Source: Malacoraja senta (lineage: Eukaryota). Taken from it: DNA of 64,000 nucleotides. Position numbers and translations under genes: made by a program. Below the pieces are notes generated by a model. That model was not told the DNA's origin, did not search any database, and saw nothing but the letters and a program-made list of their open reading frames with translations. Of the stretch, positions 1 through 12,700 are shown one piece after another (position 1 is the first letter of the stretch; every line of letters starts with the position of its first letter). The stretch spans positions 1 through 64,000 of the forward strand of contig CM075996.1 of the NCBI GenBank assembly GCA_038087875.1. Reading direction: 5' to 3'.

Positions 1-1123
1 CAGCAAGTGATGGACAAAGGAGTGGATAAAGAGTGTCATCTTTGTGCTGATGCTGCAGAACTCCTCGAGCTGGCTAAGGGTAGTGATAATTAAAGACTGA
101 AGAGCTGATCATCAGCCACAATTGGTAAAGAAGGAAAACATAGAAAGTGGCAGGAGTAGGATATTCAGTCTTTTGAGGCTGCTTTGCCATTTAGTAAGAT
201 TATGACATACTTTCTGCCCAAACTGCAAATAAAAGCTTGGAGATTAGAAGAAATTGCTGGAAGTCTTTGAAAATGTCAGTTTGCAACAGGAGTAAAAGTG
301 GGAGGTAAATTGCTGTTTGAGATAGTTACTGATCTGTGTGTTTCCAGCTTTTTCCAATTTATTCCTTATCGCTGAGAGGTTCAATAGTTTCTCTGCATTA
401 ATGCTTGAGTGATATCAGCACTCCAGATTTAAATGAACATTCTGAAATCCCATTTGGCGGGGTGGTGGTAAGTGCAAGGAAATCAGTCGTAGATTTTCTG
501 TAAGTGAGTGCTGTTGATAACACGGCTTACACCTTTAGTCTCTGATAAATCCCATTTTCATCTTTCTGACTGCTAATCCATAAATTATTTGTGCAGATGG
601 CTCGTGTTAATATTTACTCGGTTGGCAGCTTTTGGAACTGTTTTGCTTGTGACTCTAAACTTGCACAATATTGTTAGCAGTTCTTATTCCTATTCTAAAT
701 GAATTTGATTGGCATTAATACGTACACCCCACAGATTAGGTGCATGTGGAATAATTGCCTAAAGTAGTAAAAACAGCAGCACAGTCTTGCAGAGGCTGAA
801 CAAAAATGTAGTATCTTTGGCCTACAGTTGCTTAATATAGTTCAATGAATTTGTCAAAAAAGCCTTGAGCATCTTGCCTATTTTACAGTTATACAAAGTT
901 AGTATAGCTTGAAAATGTACCATTTCACGCTCCTATTTGAGGTGGGTGACTGTTGTACAATTATTAGTTTCCAAGCCCAATGTTCCCAGGTAACTACATT
1001 TTAATAAATGATCAATTTAACTGATGTGTAGCTGGAAGAAAAATTGCATTCATATAGTATTTTTTTTAATTTCAAGAAACCCCCAAGACCTTTGTAGCTA
1101 ATGACTTAATATTTATGTGTAAA

Positions 1124-3027
1124 CTAGACCAAGTGCAGACCCGTTGGGTCCAGTTCTCCCAATGCAATATTCCACCAATCTAAAAATGCGCGGCTGATGG
1201 ACCCGCACTACGCAGGCGCGACTGCCGCGTTCAAAGTTGTGCCGTTGATGGCAGAAATTAAGTTAAAGTTAAAGTGAATGGAGGACCCGTGGAGACATTT
1301 GTAAAATAGAATGAAACTTACCCGTGGAGCTGTTGTGAGGCCAGGCAAGGAAAAAAAAAATGGCGATCTGAAAATCGTCAAAGGCGCCAACTGCGCAGGC
1401 GTGGATGCCGGGCCCACTACGCACGCGTGGAGCGACGATGTCATTTTGCATCACTGCCACGTCACCGGCGTGATTGTCAATTGTGACGTGGCTGACGGGC
1501 CCCTCCCAACTGCGCAGGCGCAGCCGGCAAGTGGGAGTGCTGTTTTAAGTTAATTTAAGTTTAAAATGTCAATAACTTGAAAAATATAACATCAATCTGA
1601 ACGAAACGTGGCTAATGCACATCACAGGACAATGATGAGTAAGGTGGGCCTAAAATTGTAGCGCTATCGTATACCGTTTTGGCGGAGTTTCGGGAACACA
1701 CATATATACAAACAAACAAGATGAGAGTTTTAGTAATAAAACAACCAAGATGAGAGATTTAGTAATAAAAAAAAAACGAAACCAAGTGGGACCCGATGGG
1801 TTCCTGTCATATCGGAGGGCTGGGCCCGAACGCAGTATTCCACCACTCACCCATAGCCCCCAACTGCGCAGGCGCGGCTCATTTACCCTCATCCCCAGCA
1901 CTCCCTCCCCCTCCTCTTTACCTTCCCTCTTCTTTCCCCTCTCCTCCTCCCCCACTCCCTCACCTCTCCTTCCCTCTCATTTCCCCTACCTTCAGTCACT
2001 CCCTCCCTTCCTCCATAACCCATTTCCCCTCCCTACCCCCCTCCTCTCCCTCTATCTACCTGCTCCCCCACTCCTCACCTCTCCCCTATCCCACTCCACC
2101 ACCAAACATAATGTTTAAATAACATTAAACATACAATAGACAATAACAGACAATACTAAGGACTTTTGATGTATACAGTGTCTTGTCTATGGTCTTTGTC
2201 TGTTCTTTTGCACTATGTATTGTTGGTGAGATTTGTGATTTGTGATGTGGTATGGATGCACTTTATTACTATGATCTGTGTTGTTATCAGTGTTAATGTG
2301 ACTAAAGCAGTGTACCATCATGTACCGAACCCAAATACCAACAACCCTGGTCGTGTGGCAAATAAAGATTCTATCCTATCCTATCCTAAACAACAATCCT
2401 CCCCTCCCCCAATTTCTCCCTCTCCTTACAACAGTGTAACACATCTCATTGCACTGGGAGTCCTGTCTCCCCTCCCCACTCCCTCTCCTTACAACAGTGC
2501 AACAAAACCCTCATTGGGTGTACTGTCATTTGGTAACATTGTAACAGGCAGGGCAAGTTTTAAAGTGAAAAGTTTGATTTTTAAAGTGAAAGGTTAATTT
2601 TTTTAAGTTTAAAATATAACATCAATCTAAATGGAATGCTGCTGTGTTTTTTAAAACTGACTTTTTAAAAATGTAAATGAGATCCCATTGTGACATCATT
2701 GTGGGGTGGGACATTGCTGACGGGCAGTTTATGTAAATGAGATCCCATTGTGACATCATAGCTGCTAACTGCCAGTGCAAGTTCAAGTGATTTTTCTCAA
2801 ACTGGATTTTGTAAAGTTTAAAATGCGAATAACTTGTAAAATATACCATCAATCTGAAAGAAACCTGATACACCACACACCAGGACAATGGTGAGTAAAG
2901 TGGACCAAAAATTGTTGTGCTATCATGTACCGTTTTGCATGGCTCCGGGAGCACACACACACAGACATAGAAACAAACAAGATGAGAGTTTTTGGAATAT
3001 AATAATAGATAGATATATAGATATAGA
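1124..3027 (-). mobile_element. Two non-autonomous Helitrons in head-to-tail tandem (about 1124-1770 and 1777-3027)
   Basis: Minus strand begins A|TCTATAT (3027) and ends with hairpin GACCC-AAC-GGGTC (1138-1150), 10 nt, then CTAG|T (1124-1127); no TSD. Both units share terminal sequences. Confidence 0.78.
2120..2387 (+). mobile_element. Retroposon 3' end inside Helitron unit 2
   Basis: TG-rich segment ending in AATAAA and a (CTATC)n tail; absent from unit 1. Confidence 0.45.
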
Positions 3028-3452
3028 TTATTGTTGTAATACTGGTTGAGATACTGCTCATGAGGTAAAATTGCATCTAGAATGTAGTGCTTGTGGTAGT
3101 TCATCATTCCTTCAAAGCTTGGTTGAGATGTTAGCCTATGTTGTGTGCTAAGGTTCTGGAGCAGGCTATGAGCCCACATTTCTTTGAGACAGAATTACAC
3201 TTAAGCTGCTTTTCTTCATGGCCAGTGCACTCAGCAGAGTTGGATCTTGTCTGTACTTGTTTTGGCTGATCCTTGTCAATCCTTCATTACTTTGAAAATA
3301 TTTAGTTAGACGAGCCTTTAATCTTTAATTAAATCTGGTAAAATATTAGTTTTTTTTTCCTTTCTAATCCTGAGGAAATTAAAGGTCCTTTCTATATTTG
3401 CATATATATCTGAATTTCCAATGGCTAATTGTTGTAAACATTTTTTCCCCAG

Positions 3453-3791
3453 TGCCCGAAGCGACGAAGCCAAGCTTAAGCCAGCCTCCAACTGCCACCT
3501 CAGTTGGCAGTGTTTCAACACCAGCCGGCAACGGTGGTAACAATGCCAAAAGGGCGGTGGCCACCAACGGCCAGCCACAGAACGCCGCCCGCTATCTGCC
3601 CCGTGAGGTGCCTCCTCGATTTCGCCAGCAAGAGCACAAAGTGTTACTAAAACGTGGTCAGCCCCCTCCGCCTTCCTGTGGACTTCTTGGAGGTGGGGCG
3701 GGGCCTCCTGGGTTGCCGGGATCAAACCCCGGCACTGCACAACCATTGACGCAACCCAACGGTCCACTGCAGCACGGCAGTACACCAGTGG
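3453..3791 (+). CDS. TNRC6B: TNRC6B exon ([12 protein letters not shown]...[26 protein letters not shown]...)
   Basis: Acceptor ttttttccccag at 3452, donor g|gtaagt at 3792; phase 1-1; TNRC6B N-terminal motif. Confidence 0.93.
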
Positions 3792-6700
3792 GTAAGTAGG
3801 TGGTATTCATTCTCAGCTTCTGATGGTTTTATTGGAAAAGTCAATATCAAAGGTGAAACTCGAAAGAATGGTGAATATTAGATCACTTTTCAAGGTTCTT
3901 AAACTGAGTTTGCAGTAGCAGTACTGTAAGACCTTGTTCAATTCTAGTGAACAAGCTCTGTTCAAGACCGCAAGAAATTACAGACAGTTGTAGATGAAAT
4001 CCAGCAATTGCACAGACCAGACACTCTACCCCTGACACCATCTACCCTTCATACTGCCTTTGCTCTCTATTGTACTCCAGTTTCACTTGATTGTATTTAT
4101 GTATAGTAGTATCTGATCTGATTGGATAGCAAGCATAATAAAGTTGTTCACTGTACTTAGTTACACATGACCATAATAAACCTAAACTTGGTGATACTTT
4201 CTTGAGACAAGGTCATGCATCAAAGGAGATAAAAAAAGAGTGAAATCCTTGTGTGCACAATGCACAGATTCTGTTTCCTGACCCAGTGGAATTACCGATT
4301 TTTGGTACTCATTTATAGAAATACTGGATAGAAACTCACCAACTGAGGACAAACCATAAATGTGAGCATATCTTGACACATAATACCTCTAGAAGAAAAG
4401 CATTAAAGAGACAGTTATTGTTGCCAATCTCATGACGGTGGTTGCAGCAAGCTGTACTGTCTGGGATTTTTCTCCTTTCCAGGATGGCTCTCGAGGTATT
4501 CAATTACACAGAGGCAGATAATCATAATTATTTCCCCCGATGGCGATTCGTTTTTCAAGTAATTATTTATTATGGACAATAGTTGGCCACTTGATTTAGT
4601 GCAAGATTAACAAAAAACACCAAATCAACATTTGGAGAGGGAAATTAGACTGGGTGGCATATTGGCATAACGGTAGAACTGCTGCCTCACAGAGCCAGAG
4701 ACTGCTTCAATCCTGAGTAAGAGTGCGCTCTGTGCGGAGTTTGTACAGTGCCCTCCATAATGTTTGGGACAAAGACCCATCATTTATTTATTTGCCTCTG
4801 TACTCCCCAACTTGAGATTTGTAATAGAGAAAATCACAAGTGGTTAAAGTGCACATTGTCAGATTTTAATAAAGACCATTTTATACATTTTGATTTCACC
4901 ATGTAGAAATTTATACAAAGTCCCCCATTTCAGGGCACCATAATGTTTGGGATACAGCAATGTCAAGTAAATGAAAGTAGTCATGTTTAGTATTTTGTTG
5001 CATATCCTTTGCATGCAATGACTGCTTGAAATCTGCGATCCATGGATATCACCAGTTGCTGGGTGTCTTCTCTGATGATGCTCTGCCAGGCCTGTATTGC
5101 GGCCATCTTTAGCTTATGCTGGGCTAGTCCCCTTCAGTTTTCTCTTCAGCATATAAAAGGCATGTTCAATTGGGTTCAGATCACGTGGTTGACTTGGCCA
5201 TTAAAGAATTGACCATTTTTTAGCTTTGAAAAACTCCTTTGTTGCTTTAGCAGTATGTTTGGGATCATTGTCTTGCTGTAGAATGAACTGCCGGCCAATG
5301 AGTTTTGAGGCATTTGTTTGAACTTGAGCAGACCGACAATAGGTGCAGGAGTAGGCCATTTGGCCCTTCGAGCCAGCACCGCCATTCACTGTGATCATGG
5401 CTGTTCATCCACAATCAGTACCCCGTTCCTGCCTTTTCCCCATATCCCCTGACTCCGCCATCTTTAAGAGCTCTATCCAACTCTCTCTTGAAAACATACA
5501 TAGAATTGACCTCCACTGCCTTCTGAGGCAGAGAATTCCATAGATTCACAGCCCTCTGTGTGAAAACGTTTTTCCTTATCTCTGTTCTAAATGGCCTGCC
5601 CCTTATTCTTAAACTGTGTCCCCTGGACTCCCCCAACATCGGGAACATGTTTCCTGCGTCTAGATAGGATGTCTATACACTTCAGAAATCATTATGCTAC
5701 TACCATCAGCAGTTGTATCATCAATGAAGATAAGTGAGCCAGCACCTTCAGCAGCCATACATGCCCAGACCATAACACCCCCACCACCGTGTTTCACAGA
5801 TGAGGTGGTATGCTTTGGATATTGGGCAGTCCTTCTCTCCTCCATACTTTGCTCTTGCCATCACTCTGATATAAGTTATTTTTCGTCTCATCTATTCACT
5901 AAACCTTTTTCCAGAACTGTGGTTGCTCTTTTAAGTACTTTTTGGCAAACTGTAACCTGGCCATTCTATTTTGCATCTTGCAGTGTAGCCTCTGTATTTC
6001 TGTTCATGAAGTCTTCAGTGGTCATTGACAAATTCACACCTGACTCCTGAAGAGTGTTTCTGATCTGCCGGACAGGTGTTTTGGGATTTTCTTTATTATA
6101 GAGAAAATTCTTCTGTCATTAGCTGTGGAGGTCTTCCTTGGCTTGCCAGTCCCTTTGCGATTAGTAAGCTCACCAGTGCTTTCTCTCTTCTTAACAATGT
6201 TCCAAACAGTTGATTTTGGTAAGCCTAAGGTTTGGCTGATGCCTCTAACAGTTTTATTCTTGTTTCTCAGTCTCATAATAGTTTCTTTGACTTTCATTGG
6301 CACAACTTTGGCCCTCATGTTAATAAACAGCAATAAAAGTTTCCAAAGGTGATGGAAAGACTGGAGGAAAGACTAGATGCTGAGAGCTCTCTTATACCTG
6401 CATTAAGGAGGCAATTAAACACACCTGAGCAATTACAAACACCTGTGAAGCTATGTGTCCCAAACATTATGATGCCCTGAAATGGGGGGACTATGTATAA
6501 ACACAGCTGCACTGTATGTTGTCCCTGTGACCGCGTGGGTTTCCTTCGGGTGCTTTTATATCCTCCCACATACTAATGACGTGTGGGTTTGTAGGTTAAC
6601 TGGTCTCTGTAAATTGTCCCTGGTGTGTAGGACATAGAGCTGGTATATAGGTGATTGATGGTCGGTGTAGACCTGAATCCACCTTGATAGAAACGTAGAA

Positions 6701-9700
6701 CACATCATTCTACATCGATTATTTTCACTTAACTAACCTAACCAGATCCAGTCTAGGGTTTTTGAGAGCCTAATTGGACAAATTCATTATAACTTGAAGT
6801 TCAAATGTTCAAATCCTGGCTACCGATGAAATGACAGGAATCAATCAAATTTTGCATTGTTGTGGCCACATTTCCTCTTTGTTTTATCACGCCAACAATG
6901 ATTTGTTCATGGGATTATTATTCTGCATGTTCACGGTTGGCTCAAAGTTCAATCAGTCAGCCCCCCGGAGATGCCAGCTGCTGAAATATAATGGGTAACA
7001 GTCTCAAGATGGTGGCAATTAATTAATGCTGTTTGCTGAGTAACCAAGATTTAGTTAGGATTACAAGCTTTCTTCATTAACGACCATTGTTTACTTCATA
7101 CTACCATACTTCAAGATGGTTTCAGGTTTCTTGAATCTATAATCATAGAGTCACAGTCATTCAGCTCGGAAACAGACCTTTCAGCCCAACGTCCATGCCA
7201 CCAAACGCTGTTTCGAAGCTGTCCTATTTCATCATGTTTGGCCCATATCCCTCTAAACCTTTCCTATCTCTGTAGCTGTCCACGCATTTTTTAAATGTTG
7301 TTATTGTACCTGGCTCAACTGCTTTCTTTGGCAGCTCTATTCCCCTGCTTATGTTCCTCTCATGATATATACCTCTATAAGATCATCCCTGAGCCTCCTG
7401 TGCTCCAAGAAATAAAGTGCTAGCAATAGTATTTAACTTGCATGTAAACATTTCTCATGGTTAACAGTGTTCAAGATTAATTTTCCTCTCTCTGATTTTT
7501 ATTTTCAAAAATTAAATGATTAATTTTATCAGGTTGTGTGTTGGTAGATTTTACTTTTCCTTCTCTTCTGAATGTCATACCCAGAAGTATATATTATCAA
7601 AGTGTCAATTGTGTTGAAAATTGGTTTTAAAAAGCCATTCAAATATAAATGTACATTTTTCTTGGAGATCTTTAAGATGTTTTTTTTTTTTTTTTCTAGA
7701 CACAAACCCTGGGGCTGCTGGTTCAAATTATGCAAATTCTGCTTGGGGTTCTGGATCATCCAGCACTGACCTCAACCACGGCTGGGATAAGTTAATCGTA
7801 GACGGGTCTGATATGGAGGCTTGGCCTTGCATCACAGGCAGAGACTCTGAGTCGGCTTCGGAACACGTAGATAACGAAGGTGCCTCAAACCTTAGCTCTG
7901 AGAAGAGCCTGCCACCTGGAAGTGGCGCTGCCAGGAATTGCAAAGGAGCTGCAAACCAGTTTGCTGCTGGGAGCGGAAAGAATGAATGTAAATTGGGGGC
8001 CTGGAACATGGGCCTTGTGCCTAAACCCAGTCACGCATCTTCCATCTCTTCGGAGAGCAAAGACGGACTTAACAATTGGAAAAACTTGAGCAGCCCTGAT
8101 GGAACTGGCCTTGGGTTGACCTTGAACCCAAATATCAACCCATCGGCCTGGCCAGTATTGGGCCAGGAGGGCACTTCTGGAAAAGGTACTTTGGAGACGG
8201 ACATTTCGAGCTCCAGTGCACAACTTAGTGCAGTAGGTCAAAGCCCTAGGGATCAGGATGGTACTTCTACAAGCGCCTGGGCAAAACAGTCTAAAACGGA
8301 AAATGCGGGTGTTACATGGAATGCTTCTGTTGGAGAACAGCCTCAAGCTCTTAACACTGATGGACCAAATAATGGCGACACTAACTCTTTGAATGCAAGC
8401 TCACAGAGCACCGGGAACCCTTTGCAAAATAAGGGAGTGTCTGAAACAACAGGGAATGGGACCTGGAGCATGCCCTTAGGAATGAGTTTGGGAAACCCCT
8501 TGGTATTGAATCAATCTGTGAGCACTGAAGCCTCATCCGAAGGCAGTATTAGAGGAACAATGGAGGGACGGGCAACTGGGGGTTCTTGGAATACAGTTTG
8601 GGGATCTTCTGGAACCGATTCCATTTCTGGACAAAATGGTACAGGAGCTGATGGCAATAATGGACGCAGTGGCGATGATGCAGCAAAAAATGGCTCTGGT
8701 ATGAAACAGTTACTGGTGAATAGATCAAGAACTGAATCATGGGACAATAATGGTGGATCCTGGGACTCTGAGACACAAGACCCCAACAAAGCAAAAAATT
8801 GGGGTAAAGGGAACAGAACAGCATCTGGTAGTGCTCAGGGTTTATGGGGTCAACAGCCAGGGACTGATAACCGGTCAGAAGGAGATTGGGTTGCCTCTAC
8901 TAATGAACAGAATTGTGGCACAGGCGGATGGGACAATCACAGGGTAAATCCCCCCCCAGAAAACCAAGGAGAGAATGCCCAAAATTCCAGCTGGGTAAAG
9001 GCCTCTAGTTCCACTGGGAGTGACTCTGGTAGTCGAAACAACAACAAAAAAGGAGGCTCTGACAACCACCCAGGAGGACGGCGCTTAAACAAGGCTGATC
9101 ATCCTGACCAAGAGGAAGTATTGCAAACTGTAATAAACAGGGCTGATCTAGACCCAAGGGTGCTGTCAAACACTGGGTGGGGCCAAACTCAGATAAAGCA
9201 GAACACAACTTGGGAAGTCCAGGAGTCACCCAGGAATGAGAGGCGCACTGACAAAGGAACAGAAGGGTGGGAGAACACTGCCACTCAGAGCACTAACTCA
9301 GGGGGCTGGGGCGAAGGGCCCAGTCAAACCAGTCGCTGCACCTCTGGGTGGGGAGATGCTCCCCAGTCTTCAAACATGGAGTGGAAGGATTCAAAGACTC
9401 CAAGTGGATGGGTGGACCCAAAGAACAGTCAAGGTTGGGGAGGTGGAACACCAGAAGAGAAAGCACCATCTTGGAATGATGGGCCTAGAACCAAGGAACC
9501 GGGTTGGGGTGCAAGGCAGCAACAAACGCAAGGATGGCCTGCCAATAATGGCTGGGGTGATGGAAGTGGACAGCCAGCTGAGCAACCAAAAGCAGGTGGC
9601 TGGGACAGTTCAAACTCGAGATGGGGTGAAAGTGGCCGTGGTGATGTAGGATCTTGGAGTGGTGGCAGTAGTTCTAATACTAATCAAAGAGGTGGGTGGG

Positions 9701-12700
9701 AGGACCCCACAAGACACCAGGGATGGGGTGAGCCATCCAAAGCAACCACTTCTAATTGGAACAAGCAGCAAGAGGTATCTGGTTCCTGGGGCACCGCTTC
9801 TGCTAATAGCCGACAGTCTGGGCCAGGTTGGGGCTCAGCACCTGTGCCACCGATGCCCTCTTCAGCTGTCCCACCTGCAACCATCCCAACTTTGCCAAAG
9901 GAAGAAGAATCTACTGGATGGGAAGAGCCTTCGCCGCAATCTATCTCCCGAAAGATGGAGATTGATGATGGCACCTCAGCCTGGGGTGATCCCACTAGCT
10001 ACAATTATAAGAATGTGAATCTGTGGGACAAAAACTCTCAAAATGATAGCTCTGGAAGTGGGCCGATACAACGGGAGCAGAATGCATCAAGTGCGGTTAC
10101 AGGACGAGGATCCACATCAAGTTCTGGTAAGCAGTTACTTGCAAATTCTTCCCCTTTTAATTATTATTTGATGATCGTTGTGTTCCATATTGCACTGATG
10201 TTGAAAGGAAGCTGAGAGTGAAGTGAGATTCTCTGTAGATGTTTTTTTACATGGCAGCTTTTTTACTACAGTGAAGTATTGTAGGATCTGTCTTTCTCGA
10301 TTTTCTTGTGGTAAAATATCTTGTTTTCGCATGGGATGGAATTGCTAACTACAAATGCCCTGACAATATTGGGGATGGTTTATTCTCAATTGTAAAGCCA
10401 CATTGCATTCCCATCTCATTCAGTTCTTTATGCATGGTAAAGTACTTTTGGCCATTGTTGAAAGTAATTTTGTTGAGTCATCATTTGTTTAAAAGGACGA
10501 CTTTTAAACAATTCCCTTTGAGAGGCCATGCTGTGTATGCAGTGTGTTAAATTTGAATGAAGAAGACCCTTCTTTAATTTTGTCTACCTGACATGTCAAA
10601 TTTGCTAAAGAGTTTAACTTTTTTTAATCATGTCTAGTATGGTGATCTGAACTATCCTTCCCTGCAGCATTTTCAGCAGTTGATTTGCCCTAATGTGCAG
10701 CTTATATTCAACAGATGGAGGCAAACAATCATAGATTAAGACTGTGGCATTTCTCTGCACTCCTGATGCATAATTCTAAAATGTTTTTTCCATCTTTACA
10801 TCCCCATAAGTTATTCTCTGACCAGACACATTTTCCAAGAAATTATAATGTAACAACAAGGAACTACAGATGCTGGTTTACCAGATGACCCGCTGAGTTA
10901 CTCCAGCATTTTGTCTTTGAAGGAAATTATTCCAGGACTAATTTCAGCAACACCCAAGTAGGCAATGCTCAGTTCTGAAACAGATGAATGTGGTTTCCAA
11001 TTTTTCTCAGAGACAGGAGCACTAACATCTAGGCCAACGTTCCTTTACAGCACTGTGGGGGTTCTCTCTTTATTAAAAGGCATATAACTGAGGTCTCATC
11101 TGCTTTCTCACGTAAAAGATCTCATGGCAAGTTTTTAATGAAACGATGAGGTGATGTCCCCAGTGATAATCATCCCAGTCAATATCAGCAACACAATTCA
11201 TCCAATGATGACTTTGCTGTTTGTGGGAGGTTTCCATGTATAAATTGCATATTTGCTGTAATTTCCTGGATTATAACAGCGGTGACACTTCAAAAGTAGT
11301 CATTGCCCCAAAATACTGCACATTCTGAAAGGAACGTGGAAGACTTTGTAGACGTTTTGGTTGCCCTCTCACAATATTAGCTGACAAATTATTTAATTTG
11401 TTATGACTACCTTAATTTGCATTGATCACCTTGTAACGTAGATATTTTTCCAGTTTTTAGTACAAAATGAATTGTAATAAATTTGATAGCTGTTCACCCC
11501 AAGGGGTCTCCCCTATTTTCTTGACAATGGATTGCATTAATTTTGTTTGTGATCTGTGCTTCAATCTAAGAAACTTTAAATACGATTGTTGCCCTTGTAT
11601 GAATAACTACTTTATGCCAGCTCTCCCATCTTCCAAATTACAATTGAGTTACTGCCCTACACGGAAACTTGGCAGCGGGTGCAGTCTGATGCCAGGAAGT
11701 CCAGATTGCAGTTTATGCATACACAGACTTCTTTGTATTGTACAAGTTGTACCTCCCCTTGCTGGGAAAAGAATCTCTGGATTTCATAAGAATGTTACAA
11801 GTTTCTATCTGATCATAATAACCAACAGAAGAAATCCTTGTTTTTGGAATCTTGAGTTGGTGTGCATTTTGATTAAACAAAGTGAACCTAATTGGAAGTG
11901 TGCTTAAATCTGAGTCAGCATTCTACTTTGGGATATTAACAAAACACTGTGGAAAGTATAACTGATTCCTTCTGGTCAATGGAAGATCCTTTAAAATGAT
12001 TTTTCAAAAATGTTATTAACATGGCTTGCTTCCAGTTGTTAGCTGACAGCAGTGCTCACAACTTTGACCTTAAAATACAAACAGCACCCTTGGATTTGGC
12101 TGTGTTAGCTAAATGGAAAGATCCTATCTTTCATGTAACGTGCTTGTCTAAAGTATTTCCTTTAACAATGGTGACCATTGCAAGCTGACTTTATTTTTCT
12201 GGTGCATTGTCTGCAGTTCCATAGGGATACCCAACGTTGGTTTCCTAAATATCAGCACTCTGCAGTGCAGTTGCAAAGCAGCAAGCGAAACTTAATGCCC
12301 CGTTATAAAGGTGAATGGGAAATGAGTGTTTCATTTGAGCCACTGCCATACCACTTTTTAAATTTTTTATGGGGTTTAAAATAGTTGCTAATAAGAGCAA
12401 AAGTAGTGAATTAAACCTACATCTGTACGTCTGCAGGACATTCAGGTACTTTTTTTCCAATCTATATTTGTGCCTATTCAAATAGAGATTTGATCTCATA
12501 TTTTGATATGCCTCTGACTGACCGATTCAACATGCATCAGGTAAATAAAACGTATTTCAGTTTCACTTATCGGGTCACTTCAGAGTGAATGTAACTGAGC
12601 CGAGCAGTACTGTCTGAAGGGAGCTGGGATGGGAGGGTAAATGCAGGCTGGTGGAAGGGAATTGGTTGTTGGAGTTTAGGGCAGGTCATGCTACAGGGAA

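Larger units (their letters stand above)
4651..6672 (+). mobile_element. V-SINE (HE1-like) split by a Tc1 insertion
   Basis: tRNA-like head 4660-4715; V-domain GGAGTTTGTA interrupted at TA 4744-4745 and resumed at 6515 (TAtgttgtccctgtgaccgcgtgggtttcc). Confidence 0.75.

Noticed and set aside
1650-2597. Pro/Leu-rich ORFs in the Helitron interior as captured genes
   Set aside because: They derive from low-complexity C/T and TG tracts.
7621-10215. 864-aa ORF as a stand-alone gene
   Set aside because: It is the large TNRC6B exon (7700-10126) plus intronic read-through at both ends.
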